Below, piece by piece: positions 37,610 to 50,787 of a stretch of DNA of 64,000 bases. This stretch comes from Eledone cirrhosa (lineage: Eukaryota). Made by a program: the position numbers and the translations under genes. The notes beneath the pieces were generated by a model. That model saw only the letters and a list, made by a program, of their open reading frames with translations, was not told the DNA's origin and ran no database searches. Location: assembly GCA_964016885.1 (NCBI GenBank), contig OZ024740.1, forward strand, positions 361,398,001 to 361,462,000. Reading direction: 5' to 3'. Position 1 is the first letter of the stretch; each line of letters begins with the position of its first letter.

Positions 37610-37667
37610 ATTTTATCTGATGAGGGCGTACCAAAATTTTGGTACCCTTGAAATATATATAATAAAA
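37610..37667 (+). ncRNA. Minimal type I hammerhead ribozyme
   Basis: attttat-CTGATGA-gggcgtaccaaaattttggtaccctt-GAAA-tatata-TA-ataaaat. Confidence 0.78.
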
Positions 37668-37710
37668 TAAATATGGTTTTATAAAGATAGCTTCCATTTA
37701 TTAATATTAT

Positions 37711-37764
<54 letters not shown>

Positions 37765-37767
<3 letters not shown>

Positions 37768-38006
37768 TATTGAAGTTTCCGTTGAAAATTGAAAAAGTCA
37801 TAGGAGTGAAGAGTGCTCTATGTAAGTACCAGAGCAAAATTTAATGTATAATAAACAATACAATATAATTACCTCATTACCAGAGGTTTCCCGAATAAGA
37901 TGAATACGAAAAAAAGTGCATGCATGCGTACATACATACACAGGATGCACGTATATACATACATACATATCGCCCCATGTATATCTAATCACACGTACGT
38001 ACGCGA

Positions 38007-38100
<94 letters not shown>

Positions 38101-39470
38101 GTACACATACACACCCATACAAACAATACATATGTAAACACATACACATTCACGTACATTCACTCGCTTACACACACACACATAAAAATAAGAATGTAAA
38201 AAACATAGATGTAAAAACACAGATATAAAAACACATACACACACATATATATACACGCACGCACGCGCACATACGGAGGCGTTCGTGTACATATACAGAA
38301 CGTATACACACATAAAGACGCTCAGACACATAGATACAGAGTATAAAGCAGCCTTATGAATAAATGGGTACAAATATAAAATCGGCAGCGAAACAACAGT
38401 AAATATCTGGAGTGGAAAACGCAAGTGACTTTTATAGTCAGGTAGTAAAGAAAATAGGGAAGTAAAATGTGGAATGTGAAGATATTAGGTAAGTGAATCG
38501 AAGAATAAAGGGGGGGGGGGGTTACTGGTGGATATGAAGTAAAAATAAAAATAAAAATAAAAATAAAAATAAAAATAAAAATAAAAATAAAAATAAAAGT
38601 AAAAATAAAAATAAAAGTAAAAATAAAAATAAAAATAAAAATAAAAATAAAAATAAAAATAAAAATAAAAATAAAAATAAAAATAAAAATAAAAATAAAA
38701 ATAATAAAAATAAAAATAAAAATAAAAATAAAAATAAAAATAAAAATAAAAATAAAAATAAAAATAAAAATAAAAATAAAAATAAAAATAAAAATAAAAA
38801 TAAAATTAAAAATAAAAATAAAAATAAAAATAAAAATAAAAATAAAAATAAAAATAAAATTAAAAATAAAAATAAAATTAAAAATAAGGTTAAAAATGAA
38901 AGTAAATAAGGAAGAGTAGTCTTTAAAGAGAATAATTTAAGTGAAGAATAAGAGCTTATGGAGGATAAGTATCTGAAAGTGAGTTAAGTTTATATGAGCT
39001 GGAAAGCAAGTGTGATTTCATGTGTGGGCAACTGGTGACAATTTCTGTTTTTGTATTTAGGCATGTTTTTGGTGATTTAAGGTTTTGTAAAATCCAATAT
39101 TTTTCATTTATGCAAAGTGTGCATCTTCTTGTTCCTCTTGCATATTCTTTAGATTGGTTCAAAATTGACCAATCCAATTTATATTGGATACCTTGGTCTT
39201 TCAAATCCCATATTCTGCTAGCCAGAGCTGTTGTGAATCTTTTTTCTGGATGTCGGAAAGATGCGACATGTGAGTAATAACGCGTTTTGAATTTGTCTTG
39301 TGTCATACCCACATATCGTTCACTGGTGGCTGGTTGGTTGTTGCTGATGGTTGTCACTTTAGCCGCATATACAATGGCTTTGGTGTTGTATTTACCTTGT
39401 AATGGGCATTCACTTTTGACTCTACAGGAGCAATTTTGATGTTCTCTGGGTGATTTTTTGTTGATGATAT
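37765..39470 (-). mobile_element. Naiad-type PLE 3' part (GIY-YIG plus 3' UTR) ending at (TA)n
   Basis: CSCRVKSECPLQG..IVY..YVGMT..FKTRYYSHVASF..CTLCINEK..SCPH; 3' half of a hammerhead at ~37865-37910. Confidence 0.88.
38538..38886. repeat. (TAAAAA)n hexamer array inside the Naiad 3' UTR
   Basis: ~350 bp of near-perfect hexamer repeats. Confidence 0.97.
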
Positions 39471-39584
39471 AAGATTTTTATATATTTTATATATCTCTTG
39501 CATTACTTTTATTTATATATATATATATTTTTTTTGCATTTCTTGAGGAGACTTTCCAAATATTTCACTATGTTTTATATTGCC

Positions 39585-39658
39585 TTGTCCGACGAACGAA
39601 TGAGGACGTTTTTTTCGTATTCGTCTTATTCGGGAAACCTCTGGTAATGAGGTAATTA
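39585..39658 (+). ncRNA. Variant hammerhead (core CCGACGA) in the inverted terminal copy of the Naiad
   Basis: CCGACGA-a-cgaatgaggacg..cgtcttattcg-g-GAAA-cctc-tggtaat-gagg-TA; stem I weak; 39608-39682 is the inverse of 37841-37915. Confidence 0.55.
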
Positions 39659-39678
39659 TATTGTATTGTTTATTATAC

Positions 39679-39753
<75 letters not shown>

Positions 39754-39960
39754 GTATCCACTGTAAGTTGTGGGGGTCTATTCTGTATGAAGAACTCAAT
39801 ATAATCCATATGTTGAAAATGTTGTAGGTTAAGATAAATCTCAGAAAACAATAAAACATTAAAAGGAAAACAGAGTCATGATATAAGTTAAAACAATGAA
39901 ATAAAAAAATCAAGTCATTAGAGATATACTTCACTGCTTTACGATCGTTTCTAGATGGTG

Positions 39961-40137
39961 ATAATTGTTTCTACTTTAGGCACAAGGCCAGCAATTACCC
40001 CGTGTATTACTGGTACCTTATTTTATCGACCCCGTAAGGATGAAACGCAAAGTCAACCTCGGCGGGATTTGAACTCAGAATGGCAAAGGCCGTAACTCTA
40101 TGCGCCAAAGCATGGTGTCCGACCCTCTACCGATAAT
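39961..40137 (-). mobile_element. SINE family B
   Basis: Reverse complement of the 27517 consensus. Confidence 0.85.
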
Positions 40138-40593
40138 TGTATCTATACTCAGTTATTGATCTATGTAAGTTTACAAACTATCAGATAGAGAGAATATTTA
40201 CTTACATGCATATCACCAGCTGTTTTCAAAAGCAATAATAATTTTATTCAATAATAATTTTACTCAGAATTAGTATCATGTCCATATTTGGAGGTAGTTG
40301 AAGAACTAACGAATCAAATTTTTTTTTTAATATGGTGTTAAGATGAAAAGTAATACACTTTAGTTGAGGTCATGACCCTTTGAAAGGAATGGTTGAAAGG
40401 TGTTAGTAGAAATGGCATAAAAATCTATTAGGAAGGGGATTGTCAAACTGATAGTTGAATGTATCTTGTATAGTGAATTTAAAAGGAATGTCAAAATAAA
40501 TGGTGATTAGTGTTGTATTGAGTTTTAAGGTGAATATAAATTAATGTTATGGCTAGGAAAGATAGTATATTAAAAGATGAACATTATAATAAG

Positions 40594-40775
40594 ATAATTT
40601 TTTCTACTTTTGGCACAAGGCCAGCAATTATCCAGTGCATTACTGGTACTTTTTTATCGACCACGTAAGGATGAAAGGCAAAGTGAACCTCGGCGGGATT
40701 TGAACTCAGACCGTAGAGGGACGTAACTATGCTGGAAAGCATGGCGGCCGACTCTCTACCGATACTGCCAATCCA
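40594..40775 (-). mobile_element. SINE family B
   Basis: Reverse complement of the 27517 consensus. Confidence 0.85.
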
Positions 40776-41366
40776 AAGATAATGTGATATAGTAATGCGA
40801 TAATATACAACTCAACCAACAGCATATAGTACGGTGTGGTAAATTGCACTCAGTATAATATAACATATTATACGCTCTAAAATATTACTAAGTATGTTTA
40901 TACATAAACAATCAAACTCAGATAAGTACATGTTGGCATAGTTAAAACACATAAATTTCATAGTCTACAAAGTGCATATATTCACACCACATATAGAGAG
41001 AGGTACAGTTATATTGATATCTAACCAAAATATACATACGTACAAATAGATGCAAACCTAAATACACATCCACACGCATGCATATAATCATATATATACA
41101 TATCCATACATATCTATATCCACACATACACATCTCTAACCCCATATATACATATACAGATACATACACATATACACACACACATATATATATATACACA
41201 CACACACATATATATACATGTATATACATATAGACACACACATACATACATATATATACATACACATATACACATATATACATATATATACACACATATA
41301 TATATACATATATATATATACATATATATACATATACATACACACATATATATATATACATATACA

Positions 41367-41414
<48 letters not shown>

Positions 41415-41483
41415 TTGTGCGAGCATATGTGCACTCATCTTACATGTGCACATACTCATATATAAACATTCATACACCTATAC

Positions 41484-41552
<69 letters not shown>

Positions 41553-41738
41553 AATATATATATATATATACACATACACATACACACATATATATATATA
41601 TATACACATATATATACACACCCATATCTATATATATATACATATATATACCCATATACATACACATACATATACATACATACACACATAGACATACATA
41701 CACAAGCATATACATATATACACATATATATATGCATA

Positions 41739-41777
<39 letters not shown>

Positions 41778-41779
<2 letters not shown>

Positions 41780-42215
41780 TGTTTTACTTTGGGAGGGTCA
41801 TGTTGCCAATAAGAAACACACGCACCAGTTGCTTTCACTTCAATTTATTATAATAAATTTATAAATTTCCGGTTGGTTGGTTGGTTCCACAACCATCTGG
41901 TTGTTTATATATTGTCAAAGTTCTTTCGTCACACATTCTGTGACCTCTTCAGTGACTGGGGATTCTTTTCTTTGTTTTTTGTGCCTCTCCTTTGTTCTGC
42001 CCTACACCATCTTCTGAAGATGGCGTAGGACAGAACACAGAATGTGTGACGAAAGAACTTTGACAATATATAAACAACCATCTGGTTGTGGAACCAACCA
42101 ACCAACCGGAAATTTATAAATTCCTAAATTTATAAATTTATTATAATACATTGAAGTGTAAGCAACTGGTGCGTGTGTTTCTTATTGGCAACATGACCCT
42201 CCCAAAGTATAACAA
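41778..42215. mobile_element. Head-to-head fold-back of the 3' terminus of the Neptune-like PLE at 60250-61263
   Basis: Arms match 61040-61260; centre ccatcttc-t-gaagatgg at ~42015. Confidence 0.88.
41914..41956 (-). ncRNA. Minimal hammerhead ribozyme
   Basis: gtca-CTGAAGA-g-gtcaca-gaatg-tgtgac-GAAA-gaac-TT-tgac; the right arm keeps only the 3' half. Confidence 0.7.
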
Positions 42216-42539
42216 TATCCGTTTCAACACAAGTTTTCAGATAAAGAATCTTGCTAAACAAATTCAGAAACGAAATATATATATATATACACAAATATAT
42301 ACACACATAAATATATTTCCATATCATACATAGATGTTTATTTTCACTCATGCAATTACGGGTGGCTGTGTATCTTGTTGCCTTTAGTCATTAACGCATA
42401 AATCTAAGGAAGCTAAAACATTAAAAGGCAAAACTAAGCATGAAAGCATATAATTAGGGGAAAGAGGTACTAATAAATGTTATTCTATACGGAATTATAG
42501 TGAGTTGCTATTTAGAATATTTAATTAGGTTTATAGTAT

Positions 42540-42960
42540 TTAATTAGGTTTATAGTATTTAAATGTTTTTCGTATACGGTGATTACAGACTATGATCAAT
42601 TCCTGTCTTTTATTTAATAAATCGTCCTTAGATTTAGTAATTTCCAAGATCTTTCTTGGACATAATCCGCATTCCCTCCTGTTTCCAAGATATGGAGTTT
42701 TTTAAAATAACTTAAAATCTATTTTTTTTCTTTTTATAATTATTTACCGCTTCAGCTAAAGATCTGGTGTTTGCTAGTTTAGTATTGTTAAAACTACTAG
42801 AGTGTGCGTAAAATCTTTTCTTAAATGTGTTTGATGTAGATCCTATATATGTTTTGTTGGAGTCTGTAGTAGACACAGTGCATTTATATACTACATTATT
42901 AATCAAACAGTTTCCATTTAAAGGGCAAATGCTTCTATTTCTGCAATTACAGCCATACGT
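42540..42960 (-). mobile_element. Naiad-type PLE GIY-YIG fragment
   Basis: GCNCRNRSICPLNGNCL..VVYKC..YIGST..FKKRFYAH..CGLC..LNKRQEL..CNH. Confidence 0.85.
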
Positions 42961-43291
42961 AAGATGTTTTTTTTTGGGGTGGGGTGGTGGGGTGGGGGGT
43001 GGGGGGGGGTGTTGGTGGTGGGGGTGGGGGGTGGGGTGGGGGTGCCTATACTATTCTCATTTATCCTTGAGCTATTCCTATTGTAATTAATGATAGCAGG
43101 AGAATGAAGGTTGCTTTGTGGGTGGTTTGGTGCTAGAGTTGTATTGTAATTTTGTGTTCTGTTGTTTTTGTGTTGGTGATTTGGGTGGTTGTGTTTTCAA
43201 GGTTGAAGGATTGTATTATTTGTCTTTTTAAAATGTGGGTGTGTGTTGTATATGTATATATATATGTGTGTGTATGTATATGTATATATAT

Positions 43292-43337
<46 letters not shown>

Positions 43338-43430
43338 ATATATATGTATATATGTGTATATGTGTATGTATATATGTATGTATGTATGTATGTATGTGTG
43401 TGTCTATATGTATGTACATGTATATATATA

Positions 43431-43463
<33 letters not shown>

Positions 43464-43648
43464 GTGTATATGTGTATGTATCTGTATCTGTATATGTATA
43501 TGTATATGTATATATGGGGGTATAGATGTGTATGTGTGGATATAGATATGTATGGATATGTATATATATGATTATATGCATGCGTATGGATGTGTATTTA
43601 GGTTTGCATCTATTTGCACGTATGTATATTTTGGTTAGATATCAATAT

Positions 43649-46470
43649 ATAGGTTTATATAGGAACGACATTTTATTTACGGTGGTCAAACACAACAATA
43701 TAGAACTAAATAAAGTAAAGAAAAGTATAATAGAATTCTTTAAAATGTATGACCTTAAGTTAGAAGTAGAAAATAGTACCAAAATAGTTAATTTCCTAGA
43801 CGTTACGTTTAACTTAAACACTGGCTTCTATTACCCTTTTCATAAGCCCAATGAAAACTTAAACTACGTTAGTAACCATTCCAATCACCCTAAATCTGTA
43901 AAAAAAAAAGCTATAGTAAATAGTGTGCAAAAACGAATTAATAAAATATCAGCCAATAAAGCTATATTTGATGAAAACGCTGAATACTACAACAACGCGT
44001 TAAAAAGAGCAGGATATGTGAATAATATAGAATATGTAGATAATAATAATCCAAGTATTAATCTTGATAAAAATAATAACATATATAAGAGAAACTCTAA
44101 TAATTATAATTCAAACACCCACACGCCAAATAAATTGAGGAAAAGAACTAGAACTAAATCAGTCATATGGTTCGCCCCCCCCCACCTGCTTCGGTCGCAG
44201 TTAGAACACCAATTGCAAAATTATTCTTTAATGCTTTGGACATCTCTTTCCCTACTCAACATAAATACCATTCCATTTTTAATAGACACACCATTAAATT
44301 CTCGTATTCTACAACTATGAACATGGCCCAAAACATTGCCAAATTAAACACTAAAATTCTAAAACAAAACCACCATAATGATCTTAATAATAGCGTTAAC
44401 ATAAATGATACTAAACCAAATTGTAATTGTAGAAATAAAACTGACTGCCCTCTGCAAAATAATTGTCTAGATAGTAATTTGGTTTATAAATGCACCGTAA
44501 AAACTGATAACAACACATATAACTACATAGGACCGACTTCTTCTACATTTAAAGCCAGATTTGCGAACCATAAATGCTCATTCTCGAACTCCAAGAGGAA
44601 ATCATCCACTTCTTTATCACAGCTCATATGGTCATTAAAAGAGAGGAATTTAAAATACTCCATTCTATGGACAAAACTTCGGAATTGTGGAGTTTACCGC
44701 AACTCTAGTATATCAAATAACTGCGCGCTCTGTACAATGGAGACCCTGTTGATTATTAATAACTATGAGACCCTAATTAACAAAAAAGTGAATTATTCTC
44801 TAGTTGCCTTCATAAAGCTACGTCTACATTCTTAGCCTCCCACAAAACCAGAAAAAAAAAGAGAAAGAAACACTAAACCATTAAAAACTTGGTTTTCAGA
44901 CGTATATAACCAACAGGGAAAAAACATTAATGGCCTTTAATATTGCATTATCTTATAACTATCTATAGAAGAAATAACGCTCGAATGAATGACACTTGTT
45001 CAATAACACGCTGACACGTTGGTATACATAACATAATATTATTAACTTTGATCCATACCATTATTTCTCTATCTTTATTTTCCTATCTAAGTTTTAAATT
45101 TTAGTCTAAATATCCAACCTGTATATTTTTACGGAACTTATTTTTAACTGTGAATCATTCATGTGTTTACATTTTTTATTTATAATATGTATGTACTTAT
45201 CTTTTGTAAGTTTTTAAATATACCTACCTTATTTTTCTATCCATGATTCAAATATAGAGTAAATATCCAACCTGTAAATTATTACGGACCTTATTTTGAA
45301 CTCTGAATTATCCATGCATTTATTATTATTTTTCTTATATATATATATGTATGTATTTAACTGTAACACGATGAAATCTATTATATAAGATTATAATCGT
45401 TATCATTTACCTAAAGTATACTGTATCACTAATACTTAATATATATCTATATATATCTCTCTGTATCTCTCTATACATAATTTTTAGATAACTTCTAAAT
45501 TTTTAGATTATTATTTATTTTGAACTGTGAATAATTCATGCATTTACACCCTTTTATATATATGTACCTATTTAAATTTAGCATGTTTGAATCTATTATT
45601 TTATATTCGTTATCATTTACCTAAAATATACTGGCTCATTAATATATCTCTATATACCTAATCGTTATTTAAATATTTCTAACAATAAATACTTCATAAG
45701 CTTTACATACCGAAAATGTTGACATTTTTATAGGTAATCTTCGTTAAAGTTTACATTTAGGAAAATATTCAACAGTGTAAATTTTCGCTGGCCAGGTAAA
45801 TCCTTTAAATTTTATCCTCATAAAATGCAGAAGTTTAGAAATGTTAACACATAAAATTAATAAATATAAATAACCAGCAACTTAAAAAACCCCCTAAAAT
45901 CTTGATTCTTCACCCTTAAAATAACATAAATTAAATATTTTGAAACTTTTGGGAAAAAAATCTCTTTCTGCATATATTACTCCCCTTTATCTTTCCCTCT
46001 CTTTAACTCCTCTTTCAGCGGCCTTCATGGACAGTTATAATCCATGAGATGTTTTCCTAGATAAACATAACTTGTAGTATCCTACATTTTAAAATCTCTA
46101 TAGCTGTCACATTAACCAACGTTTTTCTTACTCACACATTCTCTATTGAATTTATTACGTTTTCGCATTTTCTCATTTTTAGGGTATAATGTTGAGTTTT
46201 CTCTTAGGTTAATCACTACCCTGATTAAATCTTAACCATTTAACATCTCAGGGTATGTCATGTATCATTATATTTTGTCTGATGAGGACGTACTGTTGTA
46301 CCTCTGAAATATGTATAATAAAATTTAATTGATCAAAAGAACATCTATTTTATTAATATTTGTATTTTAATATTAATAACTCTGGAAAATTATTTCTTGT
46401 AGAGTGCTTCCAATCTACTGTAAAACTAATTCTGTGATGTACTCATTGAATCTTGTTTAACTCTTTAATA
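43649..46470 (+). mobile_element. Naiad-type PLE, 5'-truncated at the RT catalytic motif, long AT-rich 3' UTR ending in (TA)n
   Basis: GLYRND, VNFLDVTFNL, SNHP, VIWFAPP, FNRHTIKFSYS, CNCR..CPL, YIG, CALC; ~150-bp UTR repeats at 45108-45660. Confidence 0.9.
46272..46324 (+). ncRNA. Minimal type I hammerhead in the Naiad 3' end
   Basis: attttgt-CTGATGA-ggacgtactgttgtacctct-GAAA-tatgta-TA-ataaaat. Confidence 0.75.
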
Positions 46471-46488
46471 TATATATATATATATATA

Positions 46489-46641
46489 GGAACCAGTAAG
46501 ACCCCGGACAGAATTAGCCGTCGAAACGGCTTGAGCTCAGCCGTCGGGGTCTTACTGGTTCCTATTACCCACTCTACTACCCTAAGTATTGAGTACTTTG
46601 GTGCGTTATGGTCCACCTGGTTCCTTACCGCATTTCCTTCG

Positions 46642-46642
<1 letters not shown>
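46489..46642 (+). mobile_element. ~150-bp (TA)n-flanked PLE-terminus element with hammerhead 3' half and 5' fold-back
   Basis: GAAA-cggct-tgagctc-agccg-TC-ggggtc; copies at 50568-50726 and 57026-57160. Confidence 0.75.
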
Positions 46643-46689
<47 letters not shown>

Positions 46690-46695
<6 letters not shown>

Positions 46696-46883
46696 GAGTT
46701 AAACAAGATTCAATGAGTACATCACAGAATTAGTTTTACAGTAGATTGGAAGCACTCTACAAAAAATAATTTTCCAGACTTATTAATATTAAAATACAAA
46801 TATTAATAAAATAGATGTTCTTTTGATCAATTAAATTTTATTATACATATTTCAGAGGTACAACAGTATGTCCTCATCAGACA
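46690..46883 (-). repeat. Inverted copy of the Naiad 3' end (46277-46470) including a hammerhead at 46835-46883
   Basis: Reverse complement with about 3 substitutions; truncated by a SINE. Confidence 0.9.
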
Positions 46884-47000
46884 TTGCCATTCTGAGTTCA
46901 AATCCCGCCGAAGTTAAGTTTGCCTTTCATCCTTACGGGGTCGATAAAATAAAGTACCATTAATGCACTGGGTAATTTCTGGCCTTGTGCCAAACGTAGA

Positions 47001-47004
<4 letters not shown>
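46884..47004 (+). mobile_element. SINE family B, 5'-truncated
   Basis: ttctgagttcaaatcccgccg...gtagaaacaat. Confidence 0.85.
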
Positions 47005-47094
<90 letters not shown>

Positions 47095-47098
<4 letters not shown>

Positions 47099-47222
47099 AT
47101 AATAATAAATTTGAAGACTAAATCCAAAGAGAGCTCGATAAGGATAAATATATATCAGATATATTTCAGAAGATCCCGTTAAGGGTGAAAGCAGCGATTT
47201 TTGCTTAAACTTTAATCTGTTA

Positions 47223-47230
<8 letters not shown>
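47095..47230. mobile_element. Rearranged terminus of the 998-2420 Naiad family with a CAGAAGA hammerhead at 47164-47210 (+)
   Basis: 47095-47140 matches 999-1045 directly; 47164-47230 is the inverse of 1070-1137; (TA)n on both sides. Confidence 0.75.
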
Positions 47231-47307
<77 letters not shown>

Positions 47308-47428
47308 TATGTCTATATTTATATATGTTTGATATAACTATAAATATGTAGGGTAGTACTAAGTACTAGCAGGTTACCGGTATGACAAAAGGCTCAATGC
47401 TAATTTTCAAGTATTTTACAGAGCCGAG

Positions 47429-47520
47429 ATACAAAGTGTTAAAACGATCAAATTTTAGTTTAACAATTGTCACCTAATAAATGTTCTAAACTAAAATTTG
47501 ATCGTTTTAACACTTTGTAT
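47429..47520. repeat. Perfect 34-bp inverted repeat ending at (AT)n
   Basis: atacaaagtgttaaaacgatcaaattttagttta / taaactaaaatttgatcgttttaacactttgtat. Confidence 0.9.
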
Positions 47521-47839
47521 ATATATATATATATGGAGAAAATTAAGAAGTTGAAAGTACAGTTTAGCTGTCTACGTTACATTGTTAATAGAAATATTGT
47601 TGAGCCCCTTCTTTTCATACTCATCTGTTTTGGCCTTTTGGAGTAAATGTGAAAGAGAAAGTCACAGGTTAAGTTGGCAGAAGGTTCCAGTGTCATAGCA
47701 GTAAGCCGTAGGCTACTTACCTCAAAAGTTCATTCGCACTCTTTCCACTAAGTTACTCTTTCTCTCTATCCCTCTCGGTGCAGTCCCTTGCGAATTTCTC
47801 TCGTAGGCCTGGCGTAGATTTGCACCCGATCCATCTACC

Positions 47840-48051
47840 CGATGCACATGTCCGCTTTGTACGGCTTTTGGAGGAAGGAGTGACCAGCAGTGCGTTGTTT
47901 GGTATTATTACGAAAAGGTGTAGCAGAGAATCCCGCGTGAACTAACAGCTCGGGAGGAAACTGCTTACCTCGAAGATTCATTCGCCAACATTCTTCCGTT
48001 TACTTGGTATTTGTTGGTCTACAGTTAGATGAATGGCGCACAAAGGGTTAA
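47840..48051 (+). mobile_element. Possible piggyBac 3' remnant
   Basis: Broken-frame QQCVVWY..RESR..YLEDSF resembling the Cys-rich tail; ends aaagggttaa. Confidence 0.3.
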
Positions 48052-48355
48052 TGTTTATTGGCAAGAGGTTTTTTGAATAATAACCGACGGGTTAAAGCGA
48101 CCTACAATGTATCTGTGTATCTATATATATATTAACCTTTTAAGGAATTACACCAGTCCAGCCTCCTGTTATTTTATAATAATTAACTCCGCACTCGCCA
48201 ACAACACAAACGAAGACGGGTGAGTTGCGTTACGTTGAGTGCTCTCCATAATATTACATCGAGGTTGACCATACGGACTGACCAGTTCTATCCAGTGGTG
48301 AATCAACAAACCTAACTAAATAAATATATATATATATATACACAGATACACACAT

Positions 48356-48425
<70 letters not shown>

Positions 48426-48474
48426 ATGTATGCATATATATGTGTGTGTATGTATGTATGCATATATATATATT

Positions 48475-48515
<41 letters not shown>

Positions 48516-48555
48516 TTATGTGTATAAATATATATTTTATGTGTATATTTATATA

Positions 48556-48653
<98 letters not shown>

Positions 48654-48855
48654 CCACTCACAGTAAAGTGACCAGTGAAAAAAACTTGGTACATCTACAT
48701 ATGTATACGTGTGTGTATTTATATACATACTAGTATTTCAGTATACATATATGGATGTACATCTTTAACTTAATTGTTTAAGCGTCAGTCATACAAAAGT
48801 GAGTTACAAACGAAACGAAATCTAATTTCGTTTCGTTATTTGTTTTTATATAAAA

Positions 48856-48911
<56 letters not shown>

Positions 48912-48959
48912 TTGTATATATTTATATTCAGAATGTCGTTATGCAGACAGCCAAACATA

Positions 48960-49182
48960 CAAACAGATATTATAAGGGCTCGACGGAGATCGATAACCGG
49001 CGCCTAACTCCCCTTTAACAACAGAAAATTGAATAATAAAAGCTGCAGTTAGTATCTTTAGACCACAAGGAATATATAAATGCAAGTTTGAAGTCAATCG
49101 GAGTAGAAATTGCGGATTTGTGTAGACTTTGTAAAAATGAGGACACACACGCAGACAACAACAGTTATATATATATATAGAT
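48960..49182 (+). mobile_element. Possible Helentron-associated (DINE/HINE-like) element 3' part
   Basis: aagtttgaagtcaatcggagtagaaattgcggattt...acacacgcagaca...tatatatagat layout. Confidence 0.4.
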
Positions 49183-49559
49183 ATGCTGCGTAGGTTCTAT
49201 TACGTAACTGGAAAGTCCCTGTTTAACCAGAAGTTTAATCCGGACTGAATTAGCACAAGCGATCGTTCTTCAAAAGTTGTCTCCCCCACAATAGTCTAAT
49301 TGAGTTATCCCCCTTGTTATTAAACTACTAACATCTGCCGCGCAAAATCCACCTAGCTCATATATATATACTTCCATTCTCACTATAAGCATACGCGAAT
49401 TGAAGGATCACTCGGGCGAAACACGCGTCCTCGACTATCGTTAGCTAATTAATTTGTTGTGGAACTAACTCTATACCAAACTCGTCCTTTGAACAGAGTG
49501 CTCTACCAACTTCGGATATAACCTCCCGTTTTTTTAAATATATATACATATATACATAC

Positions 49560-49607
<48 letters not shown>

Positions 49608-49654
49608 TGCCCCTCGTTATCGAGTAGACCATTGCAGGATATAACATTATTGAA

Positions 49655-49838
49655 TTGGCAGTATCGGTAGAGGGTCGGGCGCCATGCTTTGACACATAGA
49701 GTTACGGCCCTTGTCATTCTGAGTTCAAATCCCGCCGAGGTTAACTTTGCCTTTCATCCTTACGGGGTCGATAAAATAAAGTACTAGTAATACACTGGGA
49801 TAATTGCTGGCCTTGTGCCAATTGTAGAAACAATTATT
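49655..49838 (+). mobile_element. SINE family B
   Basis: Matches the 27517 consensus. Confidence 0.85.
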
Positions 49839-50289
49839 AATAATTTTCAATTAATTGTGCAATGCCTGTTCGTGAAGATTTTTTTAAAGTGAGGAAAGAC
49901 TGTGCACTGAGCCAATCCCACTCTCTGAGCGACAGTAGCTATAACCCGAAAAGAAGAAAAGATCAACATCATCGGTAACTACTGAGCCGCAGGTTTTATA
50001 TCGGAGTTATCCCAGTTTCCTGAGTTGTCTTCTCCTAGAAGAATGCTCCGACTAAAGCTAGGGGTCCTTCACTCCCAGTGGTTTAACCGCGCGATCGGGT
50101 ATCCAGCCCGATTATTTCTATGTCCCCGCGCATATACATACATATGCATACACATACATACATACATACATACATACATACATACATACATACATACATA
50201 CATACATACATACATACATACATACATACGCATCTACATACATATTTACACATTTTTGGATTGCCGTTGACTATTATGAGTTCTTCTGC

Positions 50290-50571
<282 letters not shown>

Positions 50572-50725
50572 TTCGACGGGTATTTTTAGGTCCAGAAATA
50601 GCCGTCGAAACGGCTTGAGCTCTGCCGTCGGGGTTTAACATTTTCCTATTCCCCACTCTACTACCCTAAGTATTGAGTACTCTAGTACGTTATGGTCCAT
50701 CTGGTTCCTTGCCACACCTCCTTCG

Positions 50726-50766
<41 letters not shown>

Positions 50767-50787
50767 TACGCACAAACACACACACAC

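Noticed and set aside
40942-43581. Many 100-150 aa ORFs rich in YI/CV/HT
   Set aside because: Translations of (TA)n/(CA)n-derived sequence; 41005-41370 and 43240-43648 are an inverted duplicate of low-complexity DNA.
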